Source of the DNA: Eledone cirrhosa
Taxonomy: Eukaryota
Direction of reading: 5' to 3'
Assembly (NCBI GenBank): GCA_964016885.1
Contig: OZ024766.1
Location: forward strand, 15,872,001 to 15,936,000
Length of the DNA: 64,000 nt
Shown here: positions 24,538-38,755 of the stretch, in pieces
Numbering within the stretch: the stretch's first letter is position 1
Layout of the letters: each line of letters begins with the position of its first letter
Program-made: the position numbers and the translations under genes
Notes under the pieces: generated by a model
Seen by the model: only the letters and a program-made list of their open reading frames with translations
What the model was told of the DNA's origin: nothing
The model's database searches: none

Positions 24538-26859
24538 TGTCATGTTGAATGTTTTTCATGTTGTGGTAGGCATATTTCTGGCCATCCACCAGTCAAGGTT
24601 TATTTTCATCCACAAACTTACGCAACACTTCAATATCATGGTTTGTCTCCGGAAAAAGTGATTGTATTAACTCAATTTCTTCTGGCTCTGGCATCCTACA
24701 TTGCTATTCATTGTTGGAATTCAATGGGACAGGTTGCAAAGAGGTTGATTGTAAATCTTGGAGGTAGATTCCACATAAATATTGCTATAACGTCTTTGGG
24801 CTAGGTGTAGATAGTCGTCTGACATATTGTATTTGTGCTCCTGCCAGGGTAGATGAGATTTATTCCACATGCTGTGAGTATAGTAGCAAACAACTGTCTT
24901 ATTTAACTGGCTACTCTAGTGACTGCTCCTTCTAGTACCTTCTCCCAATGTCAGTTGTCATACAGGTGTCCATGGCTGTCTTATTTAACAGGCTACTCCA
25001 GTGACTGCTCCTTCTAGTCTCTTCTTCCAATGTCAGTTGTCATACAGGTGTCCATGGCTGTCTTATTTAACTGGCTACTCCAGTGACTGCCCCTTCTAGT
25101 CTATTCTTCCAATGTCAGTTGTCATACAGGTGTCCATGGCTGTCTTATTTAACTGGCTACTCCAGTGACTGCTCCTTCTAGTCTCTTCTTCCAATGTCAG
25201 TTGTGATACAGGTGTCCATGGCTGACTTATTTAACTGGCTACTCCAGTGACTGCTCCTTCCAATCTCTTCTTCCAATGTCAGTTGTCATACAGGAGTCCA
25301 TGGCTGTCTTATTTAACTGGCTACTCCAGTGACTGCTCCTTCTAGTCCCTTCTTCCAATGTCAGTTGTCATACAGGTGTCCATGGCTGTCTTGTTTAACT
25401 GGCTACTCCAGTGACTGCTCCTTCTAGTCTCTTCTTCCAATGTCAGTTGTCATACAGGTGTCCATGGCTGTCTTATTTAACTGGCTACTCCAGTGACTGC
25501 TCCTTCTAGTCTCTTCTTCCAATGTCAATTGTCATACAGGAGTCCATGACTGTTTTATTTAACTGGCCACTCCAGTGACTGCTCCTTCTAGTCTCTTCTT
25601 CCAATGTCAGTTGTCATACAGGTGTCCATGGCTGTCTTATTTAACTGGCTACTCCAGTGACTGCCCCTTCTAGTCTATTCTTCCAATGTCAGTTGTCATA
25701 CAGGTGTCCATGGCTGTCTTATTTAACTGGCTACTCCAGTGACTGCTCCTTCTAGTCTCTTCTTCCAATGTCAGTTGTCATACAGGTGTCCATGGCTGAC
25801 TTATTTAACTGGCTACTCCAGTGACTGCTCCTTCTAATCTCTTCTTCCAATGTCAGTTGTCATACAGGAGTCCATGGCTGTCTTATTTAACTGGCTACTC
25901 CAGTGTCTGCTCCTTCTAGTCCCTTCTTCCAATGTCAGTTGTCATACAGGTGTCCATGGCTGTCTTATTTAACTGGCTACTCCAGTGTCTGCTCCTTCTA
26001 GTCTCTTCTTCCAATGTCAGTTGTCATACAGGTGTCCATGGCTGTCTTATTTAACTGGCTACTCCAGTGACTGCTCCTTCTAGTCTCTTCTTCCAATGTC
26101 AATTGTCATACAGGTGTCCATGGCCATCTTATTTAACTGGCTACTACAGTGACTACTCCTTCTAGACCCTTCTTCCAATGTCAGTTGTCATACAGGATTC
26201 CATGGCTGTCTTATTTAACTGGCTACTCCAGTGACTGCTCCTTCTCGTCTCTTCTTCCAATGTCAGTTGTCATACGGGTGTCCATGGCTGTCTTATTTAA
26301 CTGGCTACTACAGTGACTGCTCCTTCTAGTCCCTTCTTCCAATGTCAGTTGTCATACAGGAGTCCATGGCTGTCTTATTTAACTGGCTACTCCAGTGACT
26401 GCCCCTTCTTGCCTCTTCTTCCAATGTCAATTGCCATGCAGGAGTTGATGTTCTTTAAATGCTTCTTGATATGTGCTGCACTCTCCCTCCAAATCACCTG
26501 AGATCCTCAAATGACGTTGGTCCTTGAACAATAAGCAGAAGTGGCTGTAAGTAAAAATTCTCTCTGTTGTTGGGGTGGTCATTGTAAACATGCCCAATAG
26601 CATCACTTGCCTTGACTTCATCACCTTCCACTAAATGACCCTGCTTCCTTTGATTCCAAGTCTTACAATTGGTCCAGGTGTAGTATTTTGGGATGTCAGC
26701 ATATAGGAGGGATCGAAGAAATTCTTTATTCTGGCAGTGTTTCAAAAAAGCAGTTAGAGTAGTGTCAGGTGGTGCTGGTGTCAACTGATGAGAAGTGGTT
26801 TCAGTGAAGTACACACTCTGTCCATTTTCTATATGTATAGAGATAAGGATGAAAAGCAA
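24538..26859 (-). mobile_element. Degenerate Helitron RepHel fragment with an expanded internal 82-bp array
   Basis: ORF 26494..26859 plus downstream Helitron sequence split by the array. Confidence 0.85.
24894..26428. repeat. 82-bp tandem repeat, ~18.7 copies
   Basis: Same unit; period checked at 26041 to 26123. Confidence 0.97.
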
Positions 26860-29800
26860 AGTTAATCTCTCAGAGGTTAGCTTTGCCTTTCATCCCTACG
26901 GGGTCGGTAAAATAAAGTACCAGTAATGTCCTTGGGTATTGCTGGCCTTGTGCCTAATGTAGAAACAATTATTACAGGGTCGATAAAATAAAGTACCAGT
27001 AATATACTAGGGTAATTGCTGGCCTTGTGCCAAAAGTAGAAACAATTATCACATTTCTTTTTAATAAATCACATCACTATAGAATTAAATACGACTGGAA
27101 ATGTGTGTGAAAGTACAAAATTATGTCAGGGACCTTTCACGCTTGACACCGAACGAGAGTCGAAACATTCGCTAAGACACCGAGTACCTGCTGTCTTCGT
27201 TATAACTTTAATTAATCTAATTATATCTTGTGTAACAATTATATATATATACACACACAATTTTAATTCCCCGACATCAGTCTTACACTGTCATATATAT
27301 TCTTACTTTACAATTGTGTCTACTAAGAGTTCCATTACAATCTCTAGTAGTAAAACTACTATTTCACCAGAACATCTGCTATCAGCCATTTATAGACAAT
27401 ATATATATTTTAGACCACATTTCAACCTAACATATATATATTTCTATCAAATATGTAGCTAAAGACATAAAGTCAGCCTCACTACTTCATTCTAACAAGA
27501 TATCAATTTATGACTAAAGATGAAGAAGATACACCAACGTTAATGTCGTGAAATAAAGCTGATGACGTTGAAACTTCTAATTTGATAACAAAGAGATTAT
27601 TTCTTTGGTTGTTTAGTAACAACTAACAACACAATACATTGATTATATGTGAAGGAGGTAAGTTGACAAAGATTTACTTAATGTCTATATTAATGTGTGT
27701 AAATAATATAATTATGTGACCCCTACAACGCACCAGTAATTAACCAGATTCCACTGTTTAATGTGATATAAAATATATTGTTATGACTGTCTTTATTATT
27801 TAAATTACCTCCGTCTATTTAATTATCTAGTTCACTACCTTACATTATAAAATATAGTTTATATTTAGCTGTACCTTGTTATTGTTTTAAGTAAATTAAA
27901 AATATATTTATTATTTAAATTACCCCCGTCAATTTAATTATCTTGTTCACTACCTTACATTATAAAATATAGTTTATATTTAGCTGTACCTTGTTATTGC
28001 TTTAAGTAAGTTAAAGATATATTTATTATTCAAATTACCTCCGTCTATTTAATTATGTGGTTCACTACCTTACATAATGTAATTTATATTTAACTGTACC
28101 TTGTTATTGCTTGAAGTAAGTTAAATATATATTTATTATTTAAATTACCTCCGTCTATTTAATTATCTTGTTCACTACCTTACATTATAAAATAAAGTTT
28201 ATATTTATCTGTACCTTGTCATTGCTTTAAGTAAATTAAAGATATATTTATTATTTAAATTACCTCCGTCTATTTAATTATGTGGTTCACTACCTTACAT
28301 TATAAAATATAGTTTATATTTAGCTGTACCTTGTTATTGCTTTAAGTAAATTAATATTTTGTCTGTTTTAGTCTAAATCTCTTACAATTTAATTAACTTC
28401 ATCTACTTATGGTTGAACATTACTTTATTGTGGGTTTCATTTCATTATAATTATGTCTGATTAGCCAGCCAAGTAGGGGTTGCGTATCTGTATTTCAGGG
28501 AACTGCTTTGATGGTGAAGGGACATCTGTTGGTGTGGGATCTCGGTGGCTGTACATAATAAGGTTCTAATACTCTAAAGAGCTAGCTGAATAACCGTCTG
28601 ATACATGTCTTGTATAGAGGATCATAAAGCCATGTATAGAAGAGCAGTCAGCAATGTCAGGATTAACATTCATTATAGTGAAGTGGCAGTATCGTTAGAG
28701 AGTCGGACACCATGCTTTGAGGCACAGAGTTACGTCCCTTTATGATCTGAGTTCAAATCCCGCCGAGGTTAACTTTGCCTTACATCCATACGGGGTCGAT
28801 AAAATAAAGTACCAGTAATGTACTGGATAATTGCTGGCCTTGTGTTTAAAATAGAAACAATTATAGTGAATAATTTGGAGTGTAGTCTGGTGTCCACCAG
28901 GGCTCTGTTCTTAGCCCTCACTTAGTTATTATCGTCCTGCAGCCTATAACAGAGATGTTTAAGACTGGCTGCCCATGGGAACTCCTGTATGCTCAGCAGG
29001 TCCTGAAGAATGCGGTCATGTGCATTTTCCAGGTCTATAAAACGATAATATATACCTCTTAGCAATACTCCCACGATTTCTCAAAGACGTGCCACAGTGT
29101 GAATATTTGGTGGGTTATGTTGCACCCAGGGAGAAAACAGCACTGTCCATCAGCTAGCTTGGACTCGCTACATCACTTTGCCAGAAACTTTGCATATACT
29201 TTACCAGGGAGTCTTAACAAGGTGATCCCTCTCTATTTGGAACAATCTCTCGTGTGTCCCTTTTTATAAATTGGGATTATCACTCCCGATTGCCTTTGCT
29301 TGAGTGCCATTTCAGAGACCCAGGCCATCTGACACACATGAGTCGGTCACATTTGAGCTCTTTAATTGCTCTTGTGACCTCAGCCTCCGAGAGATTAGTC
29401 ACCGCTATCAGATTCACCTCATGTACATCCGAAGATGCTGTTGTGATCGGGTTTGGGAGATCAGCAAAGTATTCTCTCCACCTCATGAGGATCCATCTCT
29501 CTGAAGAGAAAAGAACCCCAGATACACTCATGGTTGCAGGTGTGGAGAAAGATTTCTTGTAACTAATTAAAAACTAAAATAATTTGATTTTTCAATAAAA
29601 AGTTTCCAGGGTTTATAGATGTAAAATTTCCACTGTTAAATCTATCTCTGCTTCTTAAGTATTCTCTATTGTTTCATACTGTTTCTTTTTCATTTCAGAA
29701 TATCAGATGACATTAGGATAAATTATTATTTTCAATCTTGGATACATCACCTCTATTTATCATCATTTGAAGATTAAAACTTTTTAAACAGAACTTATAT

Positions 29801-30072
29801 AACACTGTTTATATAAATCTATCAGAATTACTGTGATATATTTCCTCAGAACTGAGTTTAAAGACAAAATTCCTTTTCTTCACTGTGTGGTATATATATA
29901 TGAGAGATATATTTTGTATTTTAACTCAGCTTCAATGACAAAGAAGTTTGCATCATCTTCAGATATTAACTGAGATCATAATTGAGGAAAATATAACAGA
30001 AATAATATTTTTTAGGAAAAAAAATATTAAAGAATAACATCTGTAAATTCTGCCAAGGGTAGAAGAATTATT

Positions 30073-31098
30073 ATGGAAAATAAATTGAGTGAAAAGAAGA
30101 TTAAATGTGAAACAATGTCTAAAGATATGGCTATTACAGAAGAGATGTCAAAGGATAGAGGAGAGAAGCCATATCACTGTGATGTTTGTGGTAAATCATT
30201 CTCTGAAAGTAGTAAATTAACTAGTCACAAACGTATACATACAGTAGAGAAGCCATATCACTGTGATATCTGTGGTAAATCATTCTTTGTTAATGGTAAT
30301 TTAACAAGCCACAAACGTACACATACAGTAGAGAAACCATATCACTGTGATATCTGTGGTAAATCATTCTTTGTTAATGGTAGTTTAAATAGCCACATGC
30401 GTATACATACAGGTGAGAAGCCATATCACTGTGATATCTGTGGTAAATCATTCTTTGTTAATAGTGAATTAACTAGACACAAACGTACACATACAGGTGA
30501 GAAGCCATATCACTGTGATATCTGTGGTGAATCATTCTCTCAAAGTAGTACCTTAACTAGCCACAAACGTACACATACAGGAGAGAAGCCATATCACTGT
30601 GATATCTGTGGTAAATCATTCTCTGAAAGTGGTAACTTAACTAGCCACAAACGTACACATGCAGGAGAGAAGCCATATCACTGTGATATCTGTGGTAAAT
30701 CATTCTTTGTTAATGGTAGTTTAAATAGCCACATGCGTATACATACAGGTGAGAAGCCATATCACTGTGATATCTGTGGTAAATCATTCTTTGTTAATAG
30801 TGAATTAACTAGACACAAACGTACACATACAGGTGAGAAGCCATATCACTGTGATATCTGTAGTAAATCATTCTCTTTTAGGAGTAATTTAACTTGTCAC
30901 ATCCGTACCCATACAGGTGACAAGCCATATCACTGTGATATCTGTGGTAAATCATTCTCTGCAAGTGGTAACTTAACTAGCCACAAACGTATACATACAG
31001 GTGAGAAGCCACATCACTGTGATATCTGTGGTAAATCATTCTCTCAATTAAGTAGTTTAACTAGACACAAATATACCCATACAGGTAAGAAACCATAA
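30073..31098 (+). CDS. C2H2 zinc-finger protein, 341 aa, 11 fingers
   Basis: Intact ORF with the shared leader and the C-terminal ...[10 protein letters not shown]. Confidence 0.95.
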   Translation: MENKLSEKKIKCETMSKDMAITEEMSKDRGEKPYHCDVCGKSFSESSKLTSHKRIHTVEKPYHCDICGKSFFVNGNLTSHKRTHTVEKPYHCDICGKSFFVNGSLNSHMRIHTGEKPYHCDICGKSFFVNSELTRHKRTHTGEKPYHCDICGESFSQSSTLTSHKRTHTGEKPYHCDICGKSFSESGNLTSHKRTHAGEKPYHCDICGKSFFVNGSLNSHMRIHTGEKPYHCDICGKSFFVNSELTRHKRTHTGEKPYHCDICSKSFSFRSNLTCHIRTHTGDKPYHCDICGKSFSASGNLTSHKRIHTGEKPHHCDICGKSFSQLSSLTRHKYTHTGKKP

Positions 31099-31235
31099 CA
31101 AAGTCATATCTCATTGTCTCAAAATCGTAAATTAATTAGACACAAATACATTCATATGAGTGAGAAGTCATACCACTGTGATATTGCGGAGAAATTTTAC
31201 TCTTGTATTGCTACATTAACTACATACAAACATAA

Positions 31236-31370
<135 letters not shown>

Positions 31371-32569
31371 TGAAATAAGTCACTTCACTCAGCACTAACA
31401 TTTAAAGAAAAGGAACCATATCGTTGTGATATCTGCAGTAAATCATTCTCTAAATGCTGTGGCTTCCCTACACACTAACATATACAGGAGAGGAACCATA
31501 TCACTGTGATATCTGCAGTAAATCCTTCTCTAAATGTGGCTTCACTAGACACTAACATTTACAGGAGAGGAACCATATCACTGTGATGTCTGTGATAAAT
31601 CCTTCTCTAAATGTTGTGACTTTACTAGACACTAACATATACAGGAGAGGAACCATATCACTGTGTTGTCTGTCGTAAATCATTTTCTAAATGTTGTGGT
31701 ACCAACATAAGGTTACTTAATGGAACACAAACACAATCAGACAAGATAAAAACCATGTCACTCACCCAAAATAGTGCCACCAATGTTGTTAATGTTTTGA
31801 ATAAAACTTGTTTGTTCTGAAATTATTCTCCTTTCATTTTATTTGTAGAAGTTGTAACCAAGACTTATGCTGACAAATCTGTATGGTACAGAATTTACAA
31901 ACACTGTATATATATATATGTGCCAAGACATCTATGATCTCGGTTTACAGCTGATGAAGGGTTTCTTCTCTCCTTTCATCCATATTACCATCTTAAACTT
32001 TGTTTACAGTAACCACACACCTCCTTTCGTTTCTTATGATTTTATATATATATATAACAAAGGAGGTGTGGTAAACAACCAGATGGACCATATACGCACC
32101 AGAGTACTCAATACTTACGGTAGTAGAGCGGGTAATAGGAAAATGTTTAACCCCGACGGCAGAGCTCAATCCGTTTCGACGGCTATTTCTGGAAACAGTC
32201 CAGAAATAACCTTCGAAATGGCTTGAGCTCTGCCGTCGGGGTTAAACATTTTCCTATATATATATATATATATATGTATGAGTGTATATGTCAGTGTGTA
32301 GAAATTTCTGTCCATGAAAATGATTATCTTTATTTGTGTATATGTATGTGTATGTTTATATGTGTTCTTATATACATGTGTGCACATCTTGATATATTTT
32401 CAGTGTCTGTTCGAGTTCTCAGAGTACAAATCCCACTGAGGTAAAGTTACTTTCATATGTTGAGGCCAATAAATGAAATACCAGTGAAATACTGGGGTGG
32501 TTAATTCCTCTTCTTTGTCATTGTCTGTTGTCTACTCTTCTCTTTCTCTGTATTTATATATATATATGT

Positions 32570-32751
32570 AAAATTAAAATAAAATTAATCTAAATCAAAT
32601 TATGGGAGTCATGCCAGAAAGACATGTGACATATCACCCGTAAAATAAGCTCCATGGAGCTTATTTTACAGGTGATATGGCGCATGTCTTTCTGGCAAGA
32701 CACCCATAATTTGATATAGATTAATTTTATTTTAATTAATCTTAATTTTGG
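32570..32751. mobile_element. Palindromic MITE-like element A (left end eroded)
   Basis: Same palindrome, with the first ~12 bp missing. Confidence 0.78.
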
Positions 32752-33562
32752 ATATATATATATAAATACGGCCCCTTAATTGTAGAGATAACTCTGTTGA
32801 AAGAACCTGACTGCGGTTTCTAGTTGTCAATAACCCTATTCACGCCACTGGGATGAAGCTGGTCTGATGTGTGTATTTTTAGTAGATACAGCACGTGTTA
32901 CTGGTCAGTCGCTGATTTGAGCTTGATGCGTAAACACAGATGGTTGGCATTCTCCCTTGTTGAGAATCCAAGATCTGGCTACTGTCGTTTACCAATCGAT
33001 TAATTGGTGAAATATATTTCTTTAATGGAATATATACAAGGAAGATTAATCATTTTCTAAGGTATCTATTTTTGAAGTTCTAGTTAAATTTATTTAGTTA
33101 CCTACCTAGCTATGTGTGCTTACACACTTTTACAAATTATCCCCTGTCATTGTTTCATATGTTTATTTATATGTCAATCAATTTCTAGTTGATATATATA
33201 TAAATATATATATATATACGTGGAAAAGTAAAATATAGCAGAACTGACCGTTAAAAGATGTTTATTTAAAATAGCACCTATGTAATGAAGACATGACAAA
33301 TTGTCCTCGCGCGCTCTCTATATAGAGAAAAGGTGAAGTTGGAAATAGCGCGGAAAATATATTTTAGGGGTCTGTTTTTCTGTTATTTATCTTTTGATTC
33401 GTCAAAGTGACATTATTGAAAATATGGGAGGGACATCATCATTTCATTTCACGTCCGCTTTCTCCCTGCTTGCAAGGGTGGGACAGGAACTGATTCTGGC
33501 TTGATTTCTACAGATGGATGCCCGTCTTAACGCCAACCTCACTTACAGTGAGTGCTGGGTGC

Positions 33563-35559
33563 TGTCATGTTGAATGTTTTTCAAGATGTTGTGGTCGGCA
33601 TATTTCTGGTCATCCACCAGTCAAGGTTTATTTTCATCCACAAACTTACGCAACACTTCAATATCATGGTTTCTCTCCTGAAAAACTGATTGTATTACCT
33701 CAATTTCTTCTGGCTCTGGCTTCCTGCATTGTTATTCATCGCTGGAATTCAATGCGACAGGTTGCACAGAGGTTGATTGTAAATCCTGGAGGTAGATTCC
33801 ACATAAATATTGCTATAACATCTTTGGGTTAGGTGGAGATGGTCGTCTGACATATTGTTTTTGTGCTCCTGCCAGGGTAGATGAGATTTATTCCATATGC
33901 TGTGAGTATAGTAGCAAACAACTGTCTTATTTAACTGGCTACTCCAGTGACTGCTCCTTCTAGTCTCTCCTTCCAATATCACTTGTCATACAGGTGTCCA
34001 TGGCTGTCTTATTTAACTGGCTACTCCAGTGACTGCTCCTTCTAGTCCCTTCTTCCAATATCAGTTGTCATACAGGTGCCCATGGCTGTCTTATTTAACT
34101 GGCTACTCCAGTGACTGCTCTTTCTAGTCCCTTCTTCCAATATCAGTTGTCATACAGGTGCCCATGGCTGTCTTATTTAACTGGCTACTCCAATGACTGC
34201 TCCTTCTAGTCTCTTCTTCCAATGTCAGTTGCCATACAGGTGTCCATGGCTGTCTTATTTAATTGGCCACTCCAATGACTGCTCCCTCTAGTCCCTTCTT
34301 CCAATGTCAGTTGTCATACAGGAGTCCATGGCTGTCTTATTTAACTGGCTACTCCAGTGACTGCTCCTTCTAGTCCCTTCTTCCAATGTCAGTTGTCATA
34401 CAGGAGTCCATGGCTGTCTTATTTAATTGGCCACTCCAGTGACTGCTCCCTCTAGTCCCTTCTTCCAATGTCAGTTGTCATACAGGTGTCCATGGCTGTC
34501 TTATTTAACTGGCTACTCCAGTGACTGCTCCTTCTAGTCCCTTCTTCCAATGTCAGTTGTCATACAGATGTCCATGGCTGTCTTATTTAACTGGCTACTC
34601 CAGTGACTGCTCCTTCTAGTCCCTTCTTCCAATGTTAGTTGTCATACAGGAGTCCATGGCTGTCTTATTTAACTGGCTACTGCAGTGACTGCTCCTTCTA
34701 GCCCCTTTTTCCAATGTCAGTTGTCATACAGGAGTCCATGGCTGTCTTATTTAACTGGCTACTCCAGTGACTGCTCCTTCTAGTCCCTTCTTCCAATGTT
34801 AGTTGTCATACAGGAGTCCATGGCTGTCTTATTTAACTGGCTACTGCAGTGACTGCTCCTTCTAGCCCCTTTTTCCAATGTCAGTTGTCATACAGGAGTC
34901 CATGGCTGCCTTATTTAACTGGCTACTCCAGTGACTGCTCCTTCTAGTATCTTCTTCCAATGTCAGTTGTCATACAGGAGTCCATGGCTGTCTTATTTAA
35001 CTGGCTACTCCAGTGACTGCTCCTTCTAGGCCCTTCTTCCAATGTCAGTTGTCATACAGGTGTCCATGGCTGTCTTATATAACTGGCTACTCCAGTGACT
35101 GCCCCTTCTTGTCTCTTCTTCCAATGTCAATTGCTATGCAGGAGTTGATGTCCTTTAGATGCTTCTTGTTATTAGCTGCACTCTTCCACCAAATCACCTG
35201 AGATCCTCAAATGACGTTGGTCCTTGAACAATATGCAGAAGTGGCTGTAAATAAAAACTCTCTCTGTTGTTGGGGTGGTCATTGTAAACATGCCCAATAG
35301 CATCACTTGCCTTGACTTCATCACCTTCCACTAAATGACCCTGCCTCCTTTGATTCCATGTCTTACAATTGGTCCAGGTGTAGTATTTTGGGATGTCAGC
35401 ATATAGGAGGGATCGAAGAAATTCTTTATTCTGGCAGAGTTTCAAAAAAGCAGTTAGAGTAGTGTCAGGTGGTGCTGGTGTCAACTGATGAGCAGTGGTT
35501 TCAGTGAAGTACACACTCTGTCCATTTTCTATATGTATAGAGATAAGGATGAAAAGCAA
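33563..35559 (-). mobile_element. Degenerate Helitron RepHel fragment with an expanded internal 82-bp array
   Basis: ORF 35194..35559 (TTLTAFLKLCQ, FYLQPLLHIVQGPTSFEDLR). Confidence 0.85.
33922..35128. repeat. 82-bp tandem repeat, ~14.7 copies
   Basis: Same unit. Confidence 0.97.
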
Positions 35560-38500
35560 AGTTAATCCCGCAGAGGTTAGCTTTGCCTTTCATCCCTACG
35601 GGGTCGATAAAATAAAGTACCAGTAATGTACTGGGGTATTGCTGGCCTTGTGCCTAATGTAGAAACAATTATTACGGGGTCGATAAAATAAAGTACCAGT
35701 AATTCACTGGCGTATTTACTGGCCTTGTGCCTAAAGTAGAAACAATTATTACGGGGTCGATAAAATAAAGTACCAGTAATACACTAGGGTAATTGCTGGC
35801 CTTGTGCCAAAAGTAGAAACAATTATCACATTTCTTTTTAATAAATCACATCACTATAGAATTAAATACGACTGGAAACGTGTGTGAAGGTACTAAATTA
35901 TGTCAGGGACTTGTCACGTCTGACACCGTACGAGAGTCGAAACATTCGCTAAGACACCGAGTACCTGCTGTCTTCGTTATAACTTTAATTAATCTAATTA
36001 TATCTTGTGTAACAATTATATATATATACACACACACAATTTTAATTCCCCGACATCAGTCTTACACTGTCATATATATTCTTACTTTACAATTGTGTCT
36101 ACTAAGAGTTCCATTACAATCTGTAGTAGTAAAACTACTATTTCACCAGAACATCTGCTCTCAGTCATTTATAGACAATATATATATATTTTAGACCACA
36201 TATCAACCTAATATATATATATTTCCTATCAAATCTGTAGCTAAAGACATAAAGTCAGCCTCACCACTTCATTCTGACAAGATATCAATTTATGACTAAA
36301 GATGAAGAAGATACACCAACGTTAATGTCGTGAAATAAAGCTGATAACATTGAAACTTCTAATTTGATAACAAAGAGATTATTTCTTTGGTTGTTTAGTA
36401 ACAACTAACAACACAATACATTGATTGTATGTGAAGGAGGTAAGTTGACAAAGATTTACTTCATGTCTAGATTAATGTGTGTAAATAATATAATTATTTG
36501 AACCTTACAACGATCTAGTAATTAACCAGATTCCACTGTTACATGTGATATAAAATATATTGTTATCATGACTGTCTTTATTATTTAAATTACCTCCGTC
36601 TATTTAATTATCTTGTTCACTACCTTACGTTATAAAATATAGTTTATATTTAGCTGTACCTTGTTATTGCTTTAAGTAAGTTAAAGCTATATTTATTATT
36701 TAAATTACCTCCGTCTATTTAATTATCTTGTTCACTACCTTACGTTATAAAATATAGTTTATATTTAGCTGTACCTTGTTATTGCTTTAAGTAAGTTAAA
36801 GCTATATTTATTATTTAAATTACCTCCGTCTATTTAATTATCTTGTTCACTACCTTACGTTATAAAATATAGTTTATATTTAGCTGTACCTTGTTATTGC
36901 TTTAAGTAAGTTAAAGCTATATTTATTATTTAAATTAACCCCGTCTATTTAATTATGTGGTTCACTACCTTACATTATAAAATATATTTTATATTTAGCT
37001 GTACCTTGTCATTGCTTTAAGTAAATTAATATTTTGTCTATTTTAGTCTAAATCTCTTACAATTTAATTAACTTCATCTACTTATGGTTGAACATTACTT
37101 TATTGTGGGTTTCATTTCATTATAATTATGTCTGATTAGCCAGCCAAGTAGGGGTTGAGTATCTGTATTTCAGGGAACTGCTTTGATGGTGAAGGGTCAT
37201 CTGTTGGTGTGGGATCTCGGTGGCTGTACATAATAAGGTTCTAATACTCTAAAGAGCTAGCTGAATAACCGTCTGATACATGTCTTGTATAGAGGATCAT
37301 AAAGCCATGTATAGAAGAGCAGTCAGCAATGTCAGGATTAACATTCATTATAGTGAAGTGGCAGTATCGGTAGAGAGTCGGACACCATGCTTTGAGGCAC
37401 AGAGTTACGTCCCTTTATGATCTGAGTTCAAATCCCGCCGAGGTTAACTTTGCCTTACATCCATACGGGGTTGATAAAATAAAGTACCAGTAATGTACTG
37501 GATAATTGCTGGCCTTGTGTTTAATATAGAAACAATTATAGTGAATAATTTGGAGTGTAGTGTGGTGTCCACCAGGGCTCTGTTGTTAGCCCTCACTTAG
37601 TTATTATCGTCCTGCAGCCTATAACAGAGATGTTTAAGACTGGCTGCCCATGGTAACTCTTGTATGCACAGCAGGACCTGAAGAATGCGGTCATGTGCAT
37701 TTTCAAGGTCTATAAAACGATAATATATACCTCTTAGCAATACTCCCACGATTTCTCAAAGACGTGCCACAGTGTGAATATTTGGTGGGTTATGTTGCAC
37801 CCAGGGAGAAAACAGCACTGTCCATCAGCTAGCTTGGACTCGCTACATCACTTTGCCAGAAACTTTGCATATACTTTACCAGGGAGTCTTAACAAGGTGA
37901 TCCCTCTCTATTTGGAACAATCTCTCGTGTGTCCCTTTTTATAAATTGGGATTATCACTCCCGATTGCCTTTGCTTGAGTGCCATTTCAGAGACCCAGGC
38001 CATCTGACACACATGAGTCGGTCACATTTGAGCTCTTTAATTGCTCTTCTGACCTCAGCCTCCGAGAGATTAGTCACCGCTATCAGATTCACCTCATGTA
38101 CATCCGAAGATGCTGTTGTGATCGGGTTTGGGAGATCAGCAAAGTATTCTCTCCACCTCATGAGGATCCATCTCTCTGAAGAGAAAAGAACCCCAGATAC
38201 ACTCATGGTTGCAGGTGTGGAGAAAGATTTCTTGTAACTAATTAAAAACTAAAATAATTTGATTTTTCAATAAAAAGTTTCCAGGGTTTATAGATGTAAA
38301 ATTTCCACTGTTAAATCTATCTCTGCTTCTTAAGTATTCTCTATTATTTCATACTGTTTCTTTTTCATTTCAGAATATCAGATGACATTAGGATAAATTA
38401 TTATCTTCAATCTTGGATACATCACCTCTATTTATCATCATTTGAAGATTAAAACTTTTTAAACAGAACTTATATAACACTGTTTATATAAATCTATCAG

Positions 38501-38755
38501 AATTACTGTGATATATTTCCTCAGAACTGAGTTTAAAGACAAAATTCCTTTTCTTCACTGTGTGGTATATATATATGAGAGATATATTTTGTATTTTAAC
38601 TCAGCTTCAATGACAAAGAAGTTTGCATCATCTTCAGGTATTAACTGAGATCATAATTGAGGGAAATATAACAGAAGAAATATTTTTTAGGAATATAATA
38701 TAAAAAATATTAAAGAATAACATCTGTAAATTCTGCCAAGGGTAGAAGAATTATT

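Noticed and set aside
24894-26428. 82-bp array as a CRISPR-like repeat-spacer array
   Set aside because: Units are contiguous with no unique spacers, no cas-like ORFs are present, and the unit derives from Helitron coding sequence.
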